64,000 nucleotides of DNA from Magallana gigas (lineage: Eukaryota). The notes under the pieces were generated by a model. It searched no databases. It was not told the origin of the DNA and saw only the letters and a list, made by a program, of their open reading frames with translations. How positions within the stretch are numbered: position 1 is the first letter of the stretch; the number at the start of each line of letters is the position of its first letter. The stretch lies in NCBI RefSeq assembly GCF_963853765.1, contig NC_088859.1, positions 50,344,001 to 50,408,000 of the forward strand. Direction: 5' to 3'. This document shows positions 61,739 to 64,000 of the stretch, in pieces. The position numbers and the translations under genes were made by a program.

Positions 61739-64000
61739 TCATGATTTTACAAAGTCATTATATTTTGCTGGTGGCTTCACTTCGTGTCCTGATCTAGTTG
61801 TGATGGTCTCTGGATCTTTATTAGTGTTCGGCCCAGGATAAGCTCCTTTGTTGTCATTAGATGTGCAGTTTGGATTGTCTTCTGGCACGTCTGGATTGTC
61901 GTATGGCACTGGGCTTTCCATTGATTTTCTCAGGTGTTTCCTGTTTCTTGTATAGTCGCTCCAGCCTCTGCTTTGACCTCGTACGATTTTGTCTCTATGT
62001 TGGTCCCGGTTATAGTTCCTTTTTCCCAATGGTCTGTTTGGGGTTTTCACTCTAACCGTTTCTCCCACTGATAGCGGTTGTAACGGATGTGCGGATTTGT
62101 TGTAGTACTCTGCTTGTTTTAATTTGGCGATATCAATTTTCCCTTTCTCAAAGGTAGCATCTTTAGGCTGGTGTAGGTTCCCTTTTATAGGAAGGAGTGT
62201 TTTTGTTCTCCTACCCATTAACCGCATGGCTGGACTTGTTCCCACATGTTGCGTTGGTGTATTTCTGTAATCCAACAGTGCAAGGTACGGATTCGATTTT
62301 ATATGTTTTGCTTTTTTAAGGATTTGTCTGGCAACTTTGACAGCTTTTTCTGCTTTCCAATTGATATTTGGGTAGTGAGGCGATGATGTTATATGGTCAA
62401 ACTCCCACAGATGTTCAAAGTCCGCAAATTCCTCCGACGCAAACTGTGGTCCGTTATCTGACATGCATGTGTCTGGTATGCCGTGTCTAGCAAATTGTGA
62501 TCGAAGTTTCCTTATGACCTCCCGCGAGGTCAGCTGGTTCAATGATTCCATCTCAAAGAAATTCGAGAAATAGTCAGTTATGATTAGGTAGTTCTGGTGA
62601 TCAAATGTGAAAATGTTCAAGCCGACCTTAGCCCATGGACGTGGCGGTACTTCATGTGGTTTCAACGGTTCTCTTCCTTGATTGCTGTCAAAGGTGCGAC
62701 AGGTTTCACATTTTTCTATGAAGTCTTTGACCTCGGCATTCATTTGTGGCCAGTATATCGATTCTCTGGCGCGTTTGAGACATCCTTCAATTCCTAGATG
62801 GGATGCGTGAATTCTCTTAAGCATATCCTTACGAAGTGCTTGTGGAATGACTGCTCTGTCTCCTTTGAATGGACAATTCGTCTCTTATATCGTAATAGGG
62901 ACTAATGAGCCCTGAAATGGAATTTCTATCATTGGGCCAACCACTGCAAATTGTTGACCCTAACTCTTGTAGAGCAGAATCCCCTGCTGTTTGATTCTGA
63001 ATGTCCTCTAGGCGTTCCGGGGCAATAGGCAAGAATTGGAGCATGTTGATGGCTTCCACTGTCGATTCAAACTTTGATTGCTGTTCATTGGTAAATATGC
63101 ACGGCTCAGTGTATCTGCTAGCTCCATGTCCTTTCCCGGGCGGTATCTCAGGTGTACTTCGTATTTCTGCATCCTGAGCAACATGCTTTGGATGCGCTTT
63201 GGTGCTTTTTATAGTGGTTTGTTTTCAATCATCTCCAGGGGCTTGTGGTCTGATTGGACATGGATTGGTCTCCCGTAAGTATAAATATTGAATTGTTCCA
63301 ATCCGAATAATACTGCTAAAAGTTCCTTTTCAATTTGGTATATCTAGTTCCAGTTTCAGTCAAAGATCGGCTGGCGAAAGCAATCGGTAATTCATCCTGA
63401 AGTAAGGCAGCTCCAAGACCTTTTTCTGATGCGTCACATTGTAGTGTTAATGGTTTAACTGGATTGAAATCTGTAGCACAGGTTCGGCGGTGACTAGATT
63501 TTTAATTTGCTTCACTGCATATTCATGTTCTGAGGTCCAATGCCATTCTATATCTTTCTGTGTTAGTTTTCGAAGTGGATCGCAGATGTCGCTTAGTTTT
63601 GGAAGGAACTAAGCTAGGTATGTGACAAATCCTATGAATCGGCGTACGCCGACAACATCAGTTGGGTTTGGCATATCAAGAACTGCCTTTACTTTTTCGG
63701 GGTCTGGTTTTAATCCTTCAGCTGTTATAGTGTGACCGATGAATTTGACCTCTGATAGTTGAAATTTCATTTCGTCTTTGTTGAGCTTCAACTGTTTCTC
63801 TCTGCATCTATCCATGAGCTGTATAAAGTTTCTGTCATGATTTACTTGGGCTTCTGCTACTGTTTTTCCCTCTCCTATCACAAGTTTGTCATCGTGAATG
63901 CTTTTGACAGTAACCCCTCCAGTGCTTGGTGCTGGCGACGCTGAAATTCCGCTGGTGCTGTGTTGATTCCAAAAGGCATGCGGAGCCAACGAAACCTGCC
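61739..64000 (-). mobile_element. Decayed Ty3/Gypsy pol (RT-RNase H-integrase), continuing past the window end
   Basis: IHDDKLVIG (RT), TLQCDASEKGLGAA (RNase H), SDHKPLE, HASHLGIEGC...CETC (IN zinc finger), DYFS, SDNGPQF; frameshifts between the fragments; domain order is Gypsy-type. Confidence 0.93.

Overview
AT-rich eukaryotic genomic DNA with GT-AG introns. The repeat types and gene content point to a bivalve mollusc, probably an oyster (inference). Host genes: (1) two tandem inward-rectifier K+ channel (Kir) ORFs with intronless coding regions, at 1.2 and 7.0 kb. (2) A 26-exon secreted mosaic metalloprotease of about 1301 aa, assembled by hand at 14177-23442: signal peptide, polybasic prodomain, astacin, EGF, ApeC (apextrin C-terminal), CUB, kringle, ShKT, CCP, C-type lectin, ShKT, CCP and an unassigned C-terminal module. 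(3) Three tandem paralogues of a small secreted Ser/Thr/acidic orphan protein at 25.9, 38.9 and 56.3 kb; the third has lost its first splice donor. The rest is a dense transposon landscape: two 9-bp-TSD Mutator/foldback elements (one a ~1.5-kb spacerless palindrome of 86-bp units), a second foldback-like element, Helentron-type non-autonomous elements carrying satellites, a decayed CR1/L2-group LINE, a 5.9-kb TTAA Kolobok-type transposon, a multi-level nest of elements ending in long hairpins with shared GAA-triloop tips, a Penelope-like RT fragment, an LTR with polypurine tract, and a decayed Gypsy pol running off the window end. All coordinates and exon structures were read by eye; no searches were run.
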